Positions 48,930 through 61,900 of a DNA stretch of 64,000 bases are shown here, in pieces. The position numbers were made by a program, and so were the translations under genes. The stretch comes from Zancudomyces culisetae HAW-14-8. Taxonomy: Eukaryota; Fungi; Kickxellomycota. Under the pieces are notes generated by a model that was not told the DNA's origin, made no database searches, and saw only the letters and a list, made by a program, of their open reading frames with translations. The stretch spans positions 62,001 to 126,000 of the forward strand of contig JBNJNM010000010.1 of assembly GCA_052426225.1 (NCBI GenBank). Direction: 5' to 3'. Position 1 is the first letter of the stretch. Each line of letters begins with the position of its first letter.

Positions 48930-51900
48930 ATGGAAAGTAAAGTAGTGGTAAGTAGCGAGTGCTCGAGATAAAATATGGGATTTCCAGCTTACTTATAGTC
49001 ACTTTTTTTGTATAAAAAATACATAGTACAAATGCACATTCACCCGCATATTTTCAATTGAAACACTGTCCACTGCTTCAATTAGCGAACAATAAAAAAA
49101 ATCGTATATTAAAAAAGGATTTCATTTACTGAATAGATTAGGCAGATATACAGCAAGGAAATTAACTGCAAAAACTTTGTTGACTATGTAATACTACATA
49201 CAATGGTTATTATGAAACATAACGTAGCTCGAGGCAAATTGAAATGATATAACAAATGGATTTTACGAAATAGAGATTAAATTTGCTGGCGGTGTGTAAA
49301 TATATGAGGACAACTTTTATGTTTTTGGGTTAGTGATACGAATAAGTTTAATACAAACAGGTTAAAAGTATATATAAACATTGAATGCGCAAAACCAGTG
49401 AAGCAACTAATTGATCGACTAATTGTAAAAACATGTAGCCAGTAAATTCGAAATCCTAGTGTACAGCGTCGAGGATTATTTTAGACCACCAAAAAAGGAA
49501 ATATTGAGGCTTGAAGTTCCTAAAGGAATAGTACAGCAGATAGTTGGTGTGAAAAAGGCTAATACCATAAGAAAAGAAGAAGACGATGAGACAGCAGAGG
49601 TAAGCGAATGCTTTTGCTGTGTACAAAAAATATAAAAGATTCTATTTTGCGAGAGCAGGGAGTGCACTAATGAAAAAGAAAAATGACTGAAGCATTAAAC
49701 TTCTACACACAAATAGCCGATTATAAACCAAATAGCGGTTAAAAAAATAGCAGGAAATCGCCAACTATTGATAGCGGTGTGTGATAATGGATTAGTGCTA
49801 CTATGGGATGTAGCACACTTAACAAAGCCTCCATTAGTGTTTAGGTGAGTTTAGTGCATTTAGTTTGAAAACACCAATGTTGATACTATATATATATTGG
49901 TTTATTCTTTTCAGTTGTGCCTTTGGTGGGGGAGGTGGTACGGTTCCTATGTGTTGTATGCTACCTAAATGATAAATATGAGTAGATAAATATGATTGAA
50001 ATTATAATTAAAAATAAACTGATGCTTAAAAAAATAAAATCAAATTTAGAAACGAAGAGTCAAGTTGGGGATGTGATTTGGAGGAGGGAAACGGAATTTT
50101 GGCAATTGCATCCAACTCACATAACACCACATTGGTCGAGTTGTACCCTGTATTGAAAAGGTACTACAAGATAATTAATACCTCAAACTTTGAAGAAGAA
50201 AAGAAAGATACGATTAAAAACGAGGAAGAAACTGATGATGCAAATACAAATGAGGATGTGAAAATAATGCAACTCAAAGTATTGAGCGACGATAGAGAAG
50301 GTGGAGGAAAATTGAAAGCGGTGGTGTTAGTAAATATGAAGGTTAAGGCCGTTAGAGGACACAAACACAATATCCCATGCGTGGAGTTTAGCCGGGATGG
50401 AGGGTATTTCAGCACATGTAGTATAGATGGGACCTGCAGAGTTAATGAGAGCCTAAGCGGGAAATTAGTGTACAGTTCTACGATTGGGAGGCAATGGTAA
50501 AGTGATGTTATATAATTTGTGTTAATTATGTTGGTTTTCGAGATGATGATCGCGAATAGCAGTTATTACATAGTACTGTATACTGTATACTGCATACTTT
50601 AAAAGAGAATGAACATTAGATCTAATAATCAAGTGAAATGAAATAGGGGATGGGCTGTAAAGTTTATAGACAAGGATAAAATCCAGGTTGACAGAAAAAA
50701 TAGGCCAAAAAGTCGATTATTAGATGCAGCACATATAATATTTGATGTGAATCGTCAAGATGATGACGGGATTCGACTAACTGCACGAGACTGGATAATC
50801 GATCTGTTACAGTACCATCGACCCAACCCCGATGAGGAGAGGCAGGAAGAGTGGGAAGGAGACGATGAGGAAAGTGAGCGTGAGAATATATATGAACGTA
50901 GAGGAGTCAATGGTGAGTCTAGTGATGCTGATGGTGGCATTAATAACATTAATGATGACGGGTTCGACAGGCTGCGAATGGCACAGCTGTTACTTGATAG
51001 GGTATATCGCCGAAACCTGAATAGAGGAAGGGATATGCAGAGACGCGGACGGTTGGCTGTATCCAACCAGGAAGAAAACCAAAGCCAAGCTGCCGAGCTG
51101 GAAAGTCATGTGAATGAAGATCCTGGTACGGAGGATATAAGTGATTTTTGGGACACTGCTCAAGGAGTTGCAAGCTCTTCCTCGGGTGACGATGGTGATG
51201 TTTTGCAAGGCCAGGATGTATGGCCATTATCACCATCAAGAGAGCTGCAAGAAGGAGAACGGTATGGAGTTCAAGATGAGATGTACGACTTTGTGAGTCC
51301 GTGGGTGGGATTTGAGCATGAATCCAACCGCAGCGAGTGGGATGTCGACTTGAACTGGGGTCTGGATGGCGAACAAGAGATGGTAGCGACCACTGAGCAT
51401 AGAAGTGGTGGCATTGAAAATGCGTCTCCGGGTGGTAACAACCAACAGGATAGTAGTTTGGTAGGTTCAACCCCAGGTTATGATTTGTATTATGTAGATT
51501 TAGAAAATGAAATGGGACGACAACAGCCAGACGAACAAACACGGGACCAAGAGTATGACCCAGAGTTATATGGAGAGTCATTGCAGGAAGGAATGTCGAT
51601 ATTAGAAGATGAACACGAACACGAACATGAGCATGAGCATGAGCATGAACATGAATACGAGTATGAACATGAAGAAGGTTCTCCAGATAGTGATAATGAC
51701 GACAATGGCATTTATGCAGAGACATACTCCGACATATTTGGGTCTTCTTCGGACTCGCCAACACAGACCAGAAATGCGACAGATACTATTCACCAGGACC
51801 AGATAACAAATAGCGATAGTGAGGACCAACACGTTGACCAGGAACAAGATATTGACAGCGGGTTCAATTGCATATATAATTATATTGACGAATCTCAAGA

Positions 51901-52723
51901 ATCATCTTCACTAATGAAAGCAGGAAAATCTAATCAGGTTGATAATGGCAATCTAAATGGCACTAACAAAGACCTCTTGTCAATGGTAGGAACGAAAACA
52001 CGTGAAAAGGCCAAAAGTGATCAGTTAATTGTGTACACCTCTCAAAACCACATATATCTAATAGATCCGTTTCTATCATCATCTTCAGCATCAGATGCAG
52101 AACCTTTACCAGGAAATCCCCATAGAAATCCAAACGCCCGCAAACCATCTGGTGCTACAAACAACAGTGGTAGTGGTAGTCCTAACAATGGTGTCCTGGA
52201 TTGTATAGAGCGATTGAGCAGTAGCCATATAGTACTAGAAGATGGGACTTTTGGCATGCTGGAGAATCTATACCAATACGACCGACTGAGTATTGTCAAG
52301 GTGTTGGGGCATGGGCGGCTGCTGTTAGTGACCACCCAAAGTGGTTTTTGCTTTGTAGTCAAACCTGTGTATTACAACATCACCAAAACGTTCAGATTGG
52401 AGTATATTGACCGATTTCCTAAATACCAACCAACCAATCCCACTCCACCCACTCCTGTTGCTGTTACTGTTGCCGCTGCTACATCTACTGGTATTGGTAC
52501 TGGCAGTAATACTAGTCCCTCGAATATGGCAACCAATGCTAATCGCTCCACTACCAACACCACCACCAATGCCACAAACTCTACTCAATCTAATGCTTGT
52601 TGTAGCTCACCATTGATTGGTCTCGATGTTATTGAAATGGACCCTACATTTAACCAAGATAGATATCTTGTTTATTTAGTGTACAAGGACTCTACTTTTA
52701 AATGCTTTGAAATCTGCCATTAG
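48930..52723 (+). CDS. CRT10-like WD40 protein with a large acidic insertion, multi-exon
   Basis: Spliced MESKVV|IRQIY..|RLNLLAV..|..INQI..LLIAVCDNGLVLLW..|NEESSWGCD..LAIASNSH..GHKHNIPCVEF..CSIDG..QW|GWAVKF; C-terminal YDRLSIV. Confidence 0.78.
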
Positions 52724-52975
52724 TCATCCATCTCTTACCATTCACATATCATTCTTTACAAATACAGTTTCCTCCTTCCTTTATTAACTTGCTTTTTTTT
52801 TCCGATTGTTTATTAGTTGGTTTCTTTTTTTTTTCTTACTGTACCACAATATATATAAATACAATCTTTAAAACAATTCAATACCTCTAAAGTGAAACGG
52901 GAAATAAGGAAAAAAGAAGAATATCATTTATGAAAAGTTAAAGATACAATTGTAGATTTTTCCACCTTTATTTTT

Positions 52976-53647
52976 TTATTGCTGCGATTGTGAATGTGCT
53001 GGTGGGATAGAGTGTGGTGGCATGTGTGGTGGTGGTGGACCCATCAAATGCGGTGGAGGTCCATGTGGCGGAACCATTAAGTGAGGAGGAGGTGGTGGTG
53101 GTTGCAATGCTGCCGGATGGCCAGCTCCTGGTGTTGCTAGTGGTGCTTTACTATGACCCATAGAGTGTGGAGGTGGTGGTAGATGTGGCGGTAGATGGTG
53201 TGGCGGTGGTGGTGGTGGACCCATTAGATGTGGTTGATGAGGATGCGATGGTCCTGGTCCCAATGCTGGCGCTGTTAGTGGTGGACGAGGGCCAAATTGT
53301 GGATTACCAAAGGGTGCGTTTCCAGGTCTGGGATTCCCAGCAAATCCCATGCCACCAGGACTTGCATACTTTTGCGGTTGCGATTGTGATTGCGGCTGTC
53401 TGTAGTGTGGGGGTTGCTGAATTGATGGTGGTGGCTGTTGGTAATGAAATTGATAGCCTTCTGGTCCGTAGTCGTTGTATGCGCTGGTAAGTTTGTTGAT
53501 AATGTCTTGTGTTTTGTCAAAGCTTAATTCGCGATAGTAATTGATGACATTGGCTGTGTGTTTCCATCCGCTGTTATGAGCCCTACGAACCGAGGGAGAG
53601 TCGTGTGTTAAAAAGATATCACAGTAGTCGCAATAGTACTTCGGCAT
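52976..53647 (-). CDS. SNRPC: U1 snRNP protein C
   Basis: [30 protein letters not shown] matrin-type zinc finger; Pro-rich tail. Confidence 0.97.
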   Translation of the reverse strand: MPKYYCDYCDIFLTHDSPSVRRAHNSGWKHTANVINYYRELSFDKTQDIINKLTSAYNDYGPEGYQFHYQQPPPSIQQPPHYRQPQSQSQPQKYASPGGMGFAGNPRPGNAPFGNPQFGPRPPLTAPALGPGPSHPHQPHLMGPPPPPPHHLPPHLPPPPHSMGHSKAPLATPGAGHPAALQPPPPPPHLMVPPHGPPPHLMGPPPPHMPPHSIPPAHSQSQQ

Positions 53648-53836
53648 CTTGGCTACTCGTTATGTGCCTTCTACAATCTCTTTTTTTTTTGTTATTATTG
53701 TACAAGTATGTCAAATTTTATCTCTAAAACTATTCACAAGGTTTCCATAGGAATTCCATAAAATGAATAATTAAAATAAAAAATACAAGTAAATATTCGG
53801 AGTAAATGGCAAAATACACTAGTAAAATTCTGCTTG

Positions 53837-53850
53837 AAAAAAAATTTTTT
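53837..53850. promoter_or_regulatory. AnTn palindromic (RRPE-like) element in the divergent U1-C/OTU2 promoter; recurs upstream of many genes
   Basis: TGAAAAAAAATTTTTT here; similar elements at 13878, 14287, 21288, 26916, 30360, 32697, 32760 and 47403. Confidence 0.45.
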
Positions 53851-54250
53851 CTATGTTTTTGGTATTGCTTTTGGTCATTTTACAAGTGAGGTTATTTATT
53901 TTAATGTTGGTTGCAATTTGTTACAAGGGTGATATTTCAAACCAATTTAAAATTGCTAATAGATTTCGCGAAAAGGAGCTATAATAAAAATAAATTAAAG
54001 CTTACCAAGTATATTAACAAACTTGATAGAATCAAAAAATTTGTTTAAAATAATACGCTATACAATAGAAACTATAAACTATAACTATAAAACACAACCC
54101 ATACACTACACTCCTATACGTGTCATTACTTTTATATTAGGGATTGCAACACAAAATTTGTGGTATTACAGAATATCACAAAGAATCAATCAATCAATCA
54201 ATCAAACAATCAAAGAAAAAAAAAGAGCAATCAACTGCAAAACTAGAATA

Positions 54251-55504
54251 ATGGTAGAATTGGACACACAGCAGATCACAATCGAAATAGAATCCGATTT
54301 TGACGTTCTTAAAAAACGGCATACAAAGGAATCAAAGGCTTTGATGTCTAAAATAACCGCGTTGAAAAAGACCTTCAAGGGGAACAGCACTAGCAGTGGT
54401 AAAAAGAAACTAAAGGCCGACATCGAACAACTCGAGAGCGAATTGAAAATCAAACATGAGGATGAAATCCGTCGCCATAACATCCTATATGGCGATAAAG
54501 ACAATGAAGCCTCTAAATCTGTTCATACTGGGGAATCTGATGGCGAGGAAAAGGGAAACCATAGTGATGGTGGAAACAGTACCAAGGATGAATTAGAAGC
54601 GGATGAAGAGAAAGGGAAAGTGAAGGGAAAGGGAAAAGGAAGAGGAAAAGGTAGTAAAAGTGATGTACCGAAAGTCGAAACAAGTAAGGAAGATGACATT
54701 GAGGCAAACATCAATCTAAGCGGATTAAGTCTGTATAAAAACACAGGTGGTGGATTCACAAGTAAAAGTCAACAGAGAAAGGTAATGTTTATAGTTAAGC
54801 TATTTTATTGTTTAGGTTGAAAATTGGTTTGGTAAGGGGGAAGGGAAGGGAAGAGGAGATGGTATAGGTTATATATATTGGCTATATATTTATTCAAACT
54901 ACATAAAACGCTTAAGTAGATGAAAAAGCAAAAAAAAATGGAGGAAATGATGTTGGAGGCAGAAAAGGAGGCATTGGATATGCCCAATTACGAGGAGTTG
55001 GAAAGCGCAGCAATCAAAAACACATTAAAGCAAGACAATTTGAGGATGTATGAAATAAAGGCAGACGGGCATTGTCTATACTCGGCGATATCATATGTGC
55101 TAAAAGCGGAAAAAAATAAGGAGTATAGTGTATCGGAGCTACGGCGGATTGCAGGCGACTATATTAGAGACAACATGAATGACTTTGCTCCGTTTATGGA
55201 CATTGATATGGACGATGAGCAGGCGTTTTTGGAGCACATAGATGAAATCAAATACACAGCGCTTTGGGGAGGGCAAATAGAAATCACAGCACTATCGCAG
55301 GCACTGGGAATAGAAATCCACATTTACTCAGCCAGTAACGACTATTATTCGTCAGGAGCAGGAGGCTACAAGTGTACAGTTCTAAAGATTGGTGAGGGTA
55401 GTGAGAGAGGAACAACAGAATCGGGTGAAGCGGTTAAGTTATCGTTCCACAAACATGCTTACGGGCTGGGAGAGCATTATAATGCAGTTCTCAGAAACCA
55501 ATGA
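54251..55504 (+). CDS. OTU2: OTU deubiquitinase (OTUD6B/Otu2-like); intron 54782-54919
   Basis: N-terminal RHTKESKAL..KKKLK..KHEDE; catalytic IKADGHCLYSAI, WGGQIEITAL, HKHAYGLGEHYN. Confidence 0.92.
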
Positions 55505-55510
55505 GATGGA

Positions 55511-57492
55511 TTAGAGGTCGTTTATCAAGTGAGTCAGTTTTGTTTTGTCTTTCATGTAATAAACCAATTTTCTCAGCTCGGAGTTTTGTATATATTTGTC
55601 GAGAAGACTGAGAGTTACATCGGTGGCGTTTGGAACCTGCAACATTTTCAACTGGACAAAGAGCCGCTTGCCCAAATGAGCCTTCCTCTCGGTTTCATCC
55701 ATGGTGAGCAGGGTTTCTATAAAATTCTCTGTTTCGGTGTCATAAACATTGGTTTTTATTCCTGCTGAACTGCTGGTGGTGGTGGTGGTGGTGGTGTTAG
55801 CGTTGCTTTGGTGCTGACTGCCAACAGTTTTTGCTGTGCTACTAGTTGACGGATTGGCGCTTAAGAAAGAATCGCCTTGCATTCCAGCATTCTCGCCTGC
55901 TTTCCTCAAACTGACTGAAGTTCCTGACATTGCTACTGGCGCACGTGACGTATTTTGTGTGTGTGGTAATCCTTGGATATTGGAGGGATTGCTATTTTCC
56001 ATTATTTCTGCCTGTTCCAGCCTCTCTTCTCCTAGCTTTCTAGTATACACGTCTTTTACCACCTGCAAATGTAAATCGTTGTCTACCCAGGTCCTTTCGC
56101 TACCGTCTGCTTGAGGTGAAAAATGGTTTTTTGCCCCTAAACAGTCGGCATTACCTGATATCATTGTTGCCTTTTCTTTAATTTCACTGTCAAGCCTCAG
56201 TGGGTCTTCGAGTACCTCCAATACTTGCCTAATTGGCTTGCTACTGATAACTTGGTATATTACCATAGGTGTATTTTTGACCCCTGCCAGCGTTCCATCT
56301 ATCTTTGAGGTAACCAGCGGATTGGTGTTCACCTCTCGAATCACTTTTTGCGCCAAATACTCTACTCGTGCCATCTGTGTTAGTTTTTCCAAAATCTTTT
56401 CTTCTGCATCTAGCTTTGCTTTATCCGCACCTTGAAAGTCGCTGCCACTTTTTCCGCTTTCTTGTATAGAGATTTCTATCTTTTTACCCTTTATTTCTAC
56501 ACCTTGCAAACTTTCCTGTGCATTTAATGCCTGTGATCTAGTGCTAAATATGACCTCACCCTCATTTTGTGACTTTTTAGTCACTTTATCAATATTTACT
56601 CTTGCTTTATATATATAACCAAACGCCTTGAACAACTCAAATAATTCAGAGTGTGATACTGTGTCCTCTAGGTTAGACACCCTTAGCCTTACCCCATCTC
56701 TCACTCCAGTCTCTTTATTTCCACTATCCTTTATTTCTTCTGCTTTCACTCCGTTTTTCGTACCGTTCTCATCGCCACGCTTCTGACTGAATACGTTTTT
56801 CTGTTGCCCCTTACTCTCCTGTACATGATCTTCTTGTGATACTTTGATTGTTTTTCCATTGTATGTATAGCCATTCATCTTTTCACTAGCCTCATTCATG
56901 GATTGTTTGCTGAAATATTTAATATACATCTCCTCGTTTTTCTCAGTAATCATCCCCTCAGCCGCTACGATCGAATATATCAATCCAAACTCTCGAAACT
57001 TTTCAAAAAGCAAACTCTGATAAACATCCTTTTCCATCACATTTGTAATCTTTAGTTTTTTTACATTGGGGATAGGCACCTCCACTTTACTTGAATCCAC
57101 CGATAAAAACATCGTCATCCCCTCTATGCTTTGTCCGTTCAACACTGCAAAACATCTTTCTGCGTCTATTCTTGTTTTGAACTCTATACTCCCGCTGTAT
57201 TCAGTTCCATCACATGGATCAACATCTATCCTATTTTTATTTTTTTTAGCATTTATGCCTGTTCATTCAGCTATACAAAACTTTTGATATACTAGGTTAG
57301 TATCGTATAGTGGTTTGCAATAGCAAAATTCACTTACTTTTTAGCCTTGAGTTTTTTTATTAGCCCTATAAACGTTTCAACGTTTTTGACTTTCCAGAAA
57401 TATAGTCGCTGTTTCGAAAATCCCTCCTCTAATTCCATTATGCCCATTATTTCATCTTTGTTATAGTACGCTTCATCTGCAAATGTTGTCAT
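55511..57492 (-). CDS. Rrm4-like RNA-binding protein: three RRMs plus C-terminal MLLE (PABC) domain(s); intron 57231-57337
   Basis: RRM1 SGSIEFKTRIDAERCFAVLNG; RRM2 LKITNV..FREFGLIYS; RRM3 LRVSNL..LFKAFGYI; terminal RKAHLGKRLF..ATDVTLSLLD..LRKLVYYM. Confidence 0.8.
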
Positions 57493-59227
57493 TTTGATCC
57501 TCCTATTTATATCCTGGTAAATTTCTTTCACTTTTTTGGTTTTTGCTGATTCTTGTGCAAAATAGCACAAATCTAGTCTATTATTTGTAAGAACCGCGTA
57601 CGTATTTGTATTTTCGTCTTTTAGTATTGCTCCAAACGGTTCATAACCCAATTCGTCGATTTAATTTATACTCGATTTCTGTTCTTTTTCGAAGTTGTAT
57701 GTGTGTGTATATTGCAGATTTTATTGCAGTTGTATATACAAGTTGAGAAATGCCTAAAAACGGTCTCTGTTTTTGTTTAATTTTCCGCTTTTGTTTTAAT
57801 GTTATTGTTTATTTACATGTTTTCTGCATAAAGTAAAAAAAAAATGGCTCGATTATACTTAATTGGCCTCTCCGATTTTTACCAAGCCCTTTATTGTCCT
57901 GTTTGTCTTTTTATTTGTTAATTGGGAACTCATTCTTTTGGCCTGTGGCCTAATATCTGCTTGCTAATCCTACTTGGGAATGTAAAGTGTAGAGCTTTTT
58001 TTCAACAAAAGCTTGTAATTAAGAAACAAACTTGTCTAGAATATATAACTAAGTTATCCTCCCCCCACCCGACGTAGTTGAGCTATCTCATCACCTTTTA
58101 TATATAAACAGATCGTCCCTTACATTTCCTCACGCTCTTTTGTGAGGGTTGTCAAGTAGTATATTTAATAACAAACAGCGTAGTATATGTACGTGGAACA
58201 AGTGTAATTAATATGACTACTTTTACTCAATTACTATTATCGCCTCTCTATCTCTCTCGCATTATTTTTGATTCAAAACGTGCCTCTTGGAAATACATGC
58301 TATATTTTTGCAAAAAGGGAAAAAGGCAGCAGGGAAACCATCGATTTAGATCAGATGAAAAATAAACACATCCCACATGCTTTAACGTTCTATACAAATA
58401 CTCGTGATACCATTTGAAGGCAAAGCATGTGTTTTTCTTTTTTTTTGATACGAATCTGCCCCCATATCTAACATACCTTCCCCCTACTCTGTCCACAATA
58501 CCCTTTACGAACCCCTTATACTCTTTTAACTCAGCATAATATTAATTACATCTCATCGATATCACATTTTTCCGCCTCCTAGCTCAGATAGTCATTTTTA
58601 ATTAATCAAGAACATAGTTGCATTAATTTACGGCTTCGTGTATCAAAATAAATGAGTTAATTTCACTTTACCAATGTATAAGTTCAGTTATCCACAGTTC
58701 CAAGCTAATCTTGATTGTTGATAAACATTTTACGGTCCATATCACAACCATCATCGTTAAATTGTCATTATGGCTCAATTGTTTAAAAAAATAATGAAAG
58801 AATTTGGATTCATACCGCCATATTAACCAATTCTATTTGCCATGAAAGCATGCGCAATGTAAAAGTAGCAGAAATATTTGAAATCTTTAAAGCCATTTGT
58901 CCAATCTGTTACAAATAAATTAACGTATCGGATCAATTAGGTTCCAGCCAAGTAAAATAACGCTTTATTTTTTTGTTTTTTTTTGTTTTTTTTTTCGAAT
59001 TTCAGATTCTGGTTTCGATGTTCGCAGTTTTAGTTTGCACAAGAAAAAAAAAATAAAGATAAATAAAAACATACAAGAGCCAAGCTTTAATCCGTATTTT
59101 CATAGTAGGCTTTCTTTATACTTATTATACAAATTCAACTATTTGATAAATAGTATTTTTGATCTTTAGAAAAAGAAAATTAAATATCTGGGAGATTAAA
59201 CCAACCCACAAGGCGACAACTTCGAAA

Positions 59228-61900
59228 ATGCTAATACCGATTATCAAATCAAAGGATACAACAATCAGTGAAACTCTTTCTATCCTTCCATACCGTATAT
59301 ATGAGGATAAGACTGGTATGGAGGTTAAAGAGTATGAAGAAGGAAGTTGGGTTATGCTCAAGGAGACTAGTACTGTGGCTGAATTGATTGAAGTGCTAAA
59401 TAAAGGAGCCGAGCTTGCATTAATAAATGGGGGTAGCTTTGGTTCTCTTCTAGAAGAACTCAAGGAAAGTAAAGTACCAGCCGGCAGAATAGGTCTTTAT
59501 GTTGAAACTCTCCAGGAATACGAGGAGCTAAGAGCAGATGGTATGACGGGTGAGGATGTCATAGGTGCGGTATACGTAAATAATCTTGCTATTGCCGAGG
59601 TGCAGTCCGACAGATTAAAAACTCTTTCTGCTGCGTTTACAAAAGCCAAGGTTTGTCAAGGGGGACAAAGAAAATTTGTAGTTAGACTAAACCATGAATT
59701 ACTAACCAACAATGGGACAAAGGCTATTGATGTGTTAAAAGCAGTGGCTGAATCTGAGGTAGAAATAGGTTTGGAGATTCAGAATATAAAAATTGACGAA
59801 ATAGAGGACTATGTGGAAGATGCAGGTAAAGTACGTTTATCTGATGCCTTCATTATTGCAAGCAAACTAAACACAGATAGGCAGGACGGGCTGTACACAA
59901 CGGTTGTGGAAGATGATACAGGTAGATGCTTGGGAGTTGGTTACTCAAGCAAGGATAGTATCAGCGAAGCGATTAGAACGCTTGAGGGAGTGTATTACAG
60001 CAGAAAACGTGGGCTATGGTACAAGGGTAAAACATCTGGAAGCACACAAAAGTTGAGGCAAATATCTGTTGATTGCGATGCAGATTTGCTGAGATTTGTG
60101 GTTGAGCAAAGGGGGAGCGGATTCTGTCATAATGACACATGGACATGTTTTGATTGGTTTACAGGCGATCATCGTGGGATGCTAGGCAAGTTGAGTCGAA
60201 TTTTGGAAGAAAGAAGAGCAAACGCACCTGAGGGATCTTACACGCAGCGCTTGTTTAACGACAACGCACTGCTTCATGATAAAATAATGGAGGAGGCAGC
60301 AGAGTTATGCGAGGCAACACAGGGTAACGACATAGCTTGGGAAGCAGCAGATTTGATATACTTTGCACTGGTCAAATGCGCCAGTCAGGGTGTCAAGCTT
60401 AGTCAGATAGAAAAAAATCTTTTTATGAAAAGCAAAAAACTGACTAGACGACCAGGAAACAGCAAACATAAGATGGACGATACTACACGTAGCTCAGGAG
60501 CCAAAGAGCATAAAAAGGCTAAAATTGAGGTTGATTCAAAGGCCGAGCTAAGAACTTGGTTGGGACATGTGCAACTGCCGGAAGACCCCAATGTATACAA
60601 GATGAGGAGGTTTGATAGCGAACAATTGACTTCTTTGGAGGTTGCAGAGTTGGTAAATAGGCCTCTTATTGACGTTTCAGCAATCAAAGAACGTGTTAAG
60701 CCAATAATTGAAGCTGTTCAGCAACGCGGTGACAAGGCCATACTAGAGCTTACCGAAAAGTTTGATGGAGTCAAGACAGAAACTGTCGTACTCAAAGCAC
60801 CGTTTGATGTTCCTGAGCTTTCACCATCCGTCAAAGAAGCCATTGACGCTGCATACACAAATATCAAGACATTCCACCAGGCTCAAATGTCTAATCCAAT
60901 GGTAGTAGAAACGCTCCCAGGGGTAGTATGCTCTAGGTTCAGCCGGGCGATTGAGCGTGTTGGGCTTTATGTACCTGGAGGATCCGCAATCCTTCCATCT
61001 TCAGCATTGATGCTAGGAGTTCCTGCCCAGGTTGCAGGATGTAATCAGATAGTGATAGCAACCCCACCAAACAAACAAGGCAAGATTGCGGATGAAGTGC
61101 TTTATGTGGCATCTTTGGTCGAAGCTTCAGCAATAGTCATGGCAGGTGGAGCACAGGCTGTTGCAGCTCTTGCGTATGGTACAGAAACTGTTCCCAAGGT
61201 CGACAAGATTTTTGGACCAGGAAACCAATACGTGACAGCTGCAAAGATGTTGGTACAAAGCGATAACGATGCCATGGTGGCAATTGATATGCCTGCTGGC
61301 CCGTCTGAAGTCTTGGTAATAGCTGATTCTTCGTCAAATGCCAAATTTGTAGCCAGTGATTTGCTTTCTCAGGCTGAACACGGCACAGACAGTCAGTCAG
61401 TTTTGCTGACGGTTGGACTCAGTGATCAGCAAATATTCGAAATTGAAGAACAAGTTCAACAGCAGTCATTAAAACTGACTCGCCGGGATATCGTCAGACA
61501 CTCAATTTCCAAATCCTATATACTCCAGTTTTCATCAATGGATCGTGCTATTGAGTTTTCCAACAGATATGCACCAGAACACTTGATTCTGCAGATTGAG
61601 GACCCAGAATCTGTTATGGATTCGGTTGTTAATGCTGGTTCGGTGTTTATGGGACACTACTCACCCGAATCGTGCGGTGACTACGCATCAGGAACCAACC
61701 ACACTCTGCCTACCTATGGATATTCCAAAATGTATTCGGGCGTGAATACTCACAGTTTTCTAAAGTTCATTACATCCCAACATCTTACCAAGGAAGGCTT
61801 AGCTAATTTATCTAGCTCAGTCATAACTCTTGCTGAGGTGGAAGGTCTAGACGCCCATAAAAACGCTGTTGTTGTTAGACTTGAAGACTGCCACAACTAA
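59228..61900 (+). CDS. HIS4: Trifunctional histidine biosynthesis protein (PRA-CH / PRA-PH / histidinol dehydrogenase)
   Basis: YYSRKRGLWYKGKTSG, DCDAD..FCH, GSYTQRLF..KIMEEAAEL..EAADLIYF, GLYVPGG, DMPAGPSE, DLLSQAEH, APEHL, GDYASGTNHTLPT. Confidence 0.97.
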   Translation: MLIPIIKSKDTTISETLSILPYRIYEDKTGMEVKEYEEGSWVMLKETSTVAELIEVLNKGAELALINGGSFGSLLEELKESKVPAGRIGLYVETLQEYEELRADGMTGEDVIGAVYVNNLAIAEVQSDRLKTLSAAFTKAKVCQGGQRKFVVRLNHELLTNNGTKAIDVLKAVAESEVEIGLEIQNIKIDEIEDYVEDAGKVRLSDAFIIASKLNTDRQDGLYTTVVEDDTGRCLGVGYSSKDSISEAIRTLEGVYYSRKRGLWYKGKTSGSTQKLRQISVDCDADLLRFVVEQRGSGFCHNDTWTCFDWFTGDHRGMLGKLSRILEERRANAPEGSYTQRLFNDNALLHDKIMEEAAELCEATQGNDIAWEAADLIYFALVKCASQGVKLSQIEKNLFMKSKKLTRRPGNSKHKMDDTTRSSGAKEHKKAKIEVDSKAELRTWLGHVQLPEDPNVYKMRRFDSEQLTSLEVAELVNRPLIDVSAIKERVKPIIEAVQQRGDKAILELTEKFDGVKTETVVLKAPFDVPELSPSVKEAIDAAYTNIKTFHQAQMSNPMVVETLPGVVCSRFSRAIERVGLYVPGGSAILPSSALMLGVPAQVAGCNQIVIATPPNKQGKIADEVLYVASLVEASAIVMAGGAQAVAALAYGTETVPKVDKIFGPGNQYVTAAKMLVQSDNDAMVAIDMPAGPSEVLVIADSSSNAKFVASDLLSQAEHGTDSQSVLLTVGLSDQQIFEIEEQVQQQSLKLTRRDIVRHSISKSYILQFSSMDRAIEFSNRYAPEHLILQIEDPESVMDSVVNAGSVFMGHYSPESCGDYASGTNHTLPTYGYSKMYSGVNTHSFLKFITSQHLTKEGLANLSSSVITLAEVEGLDAHKNAVVVRLEDCHN

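Noticed and set aside
54023-54250. N-terminal extension of the OTU ORF (and similarly 59159-59227 for HIS4)
   Set aside because: TTG-start artefacts in AT-rich UTR sequence; homology begins at the downstream ATG.
57500-59227. Gcn4/CpcA sites upstream of HIS4
   Set aside because: Only mismatched variants (TGACTA, TGAGTTA) are present; no TGACTC seen.
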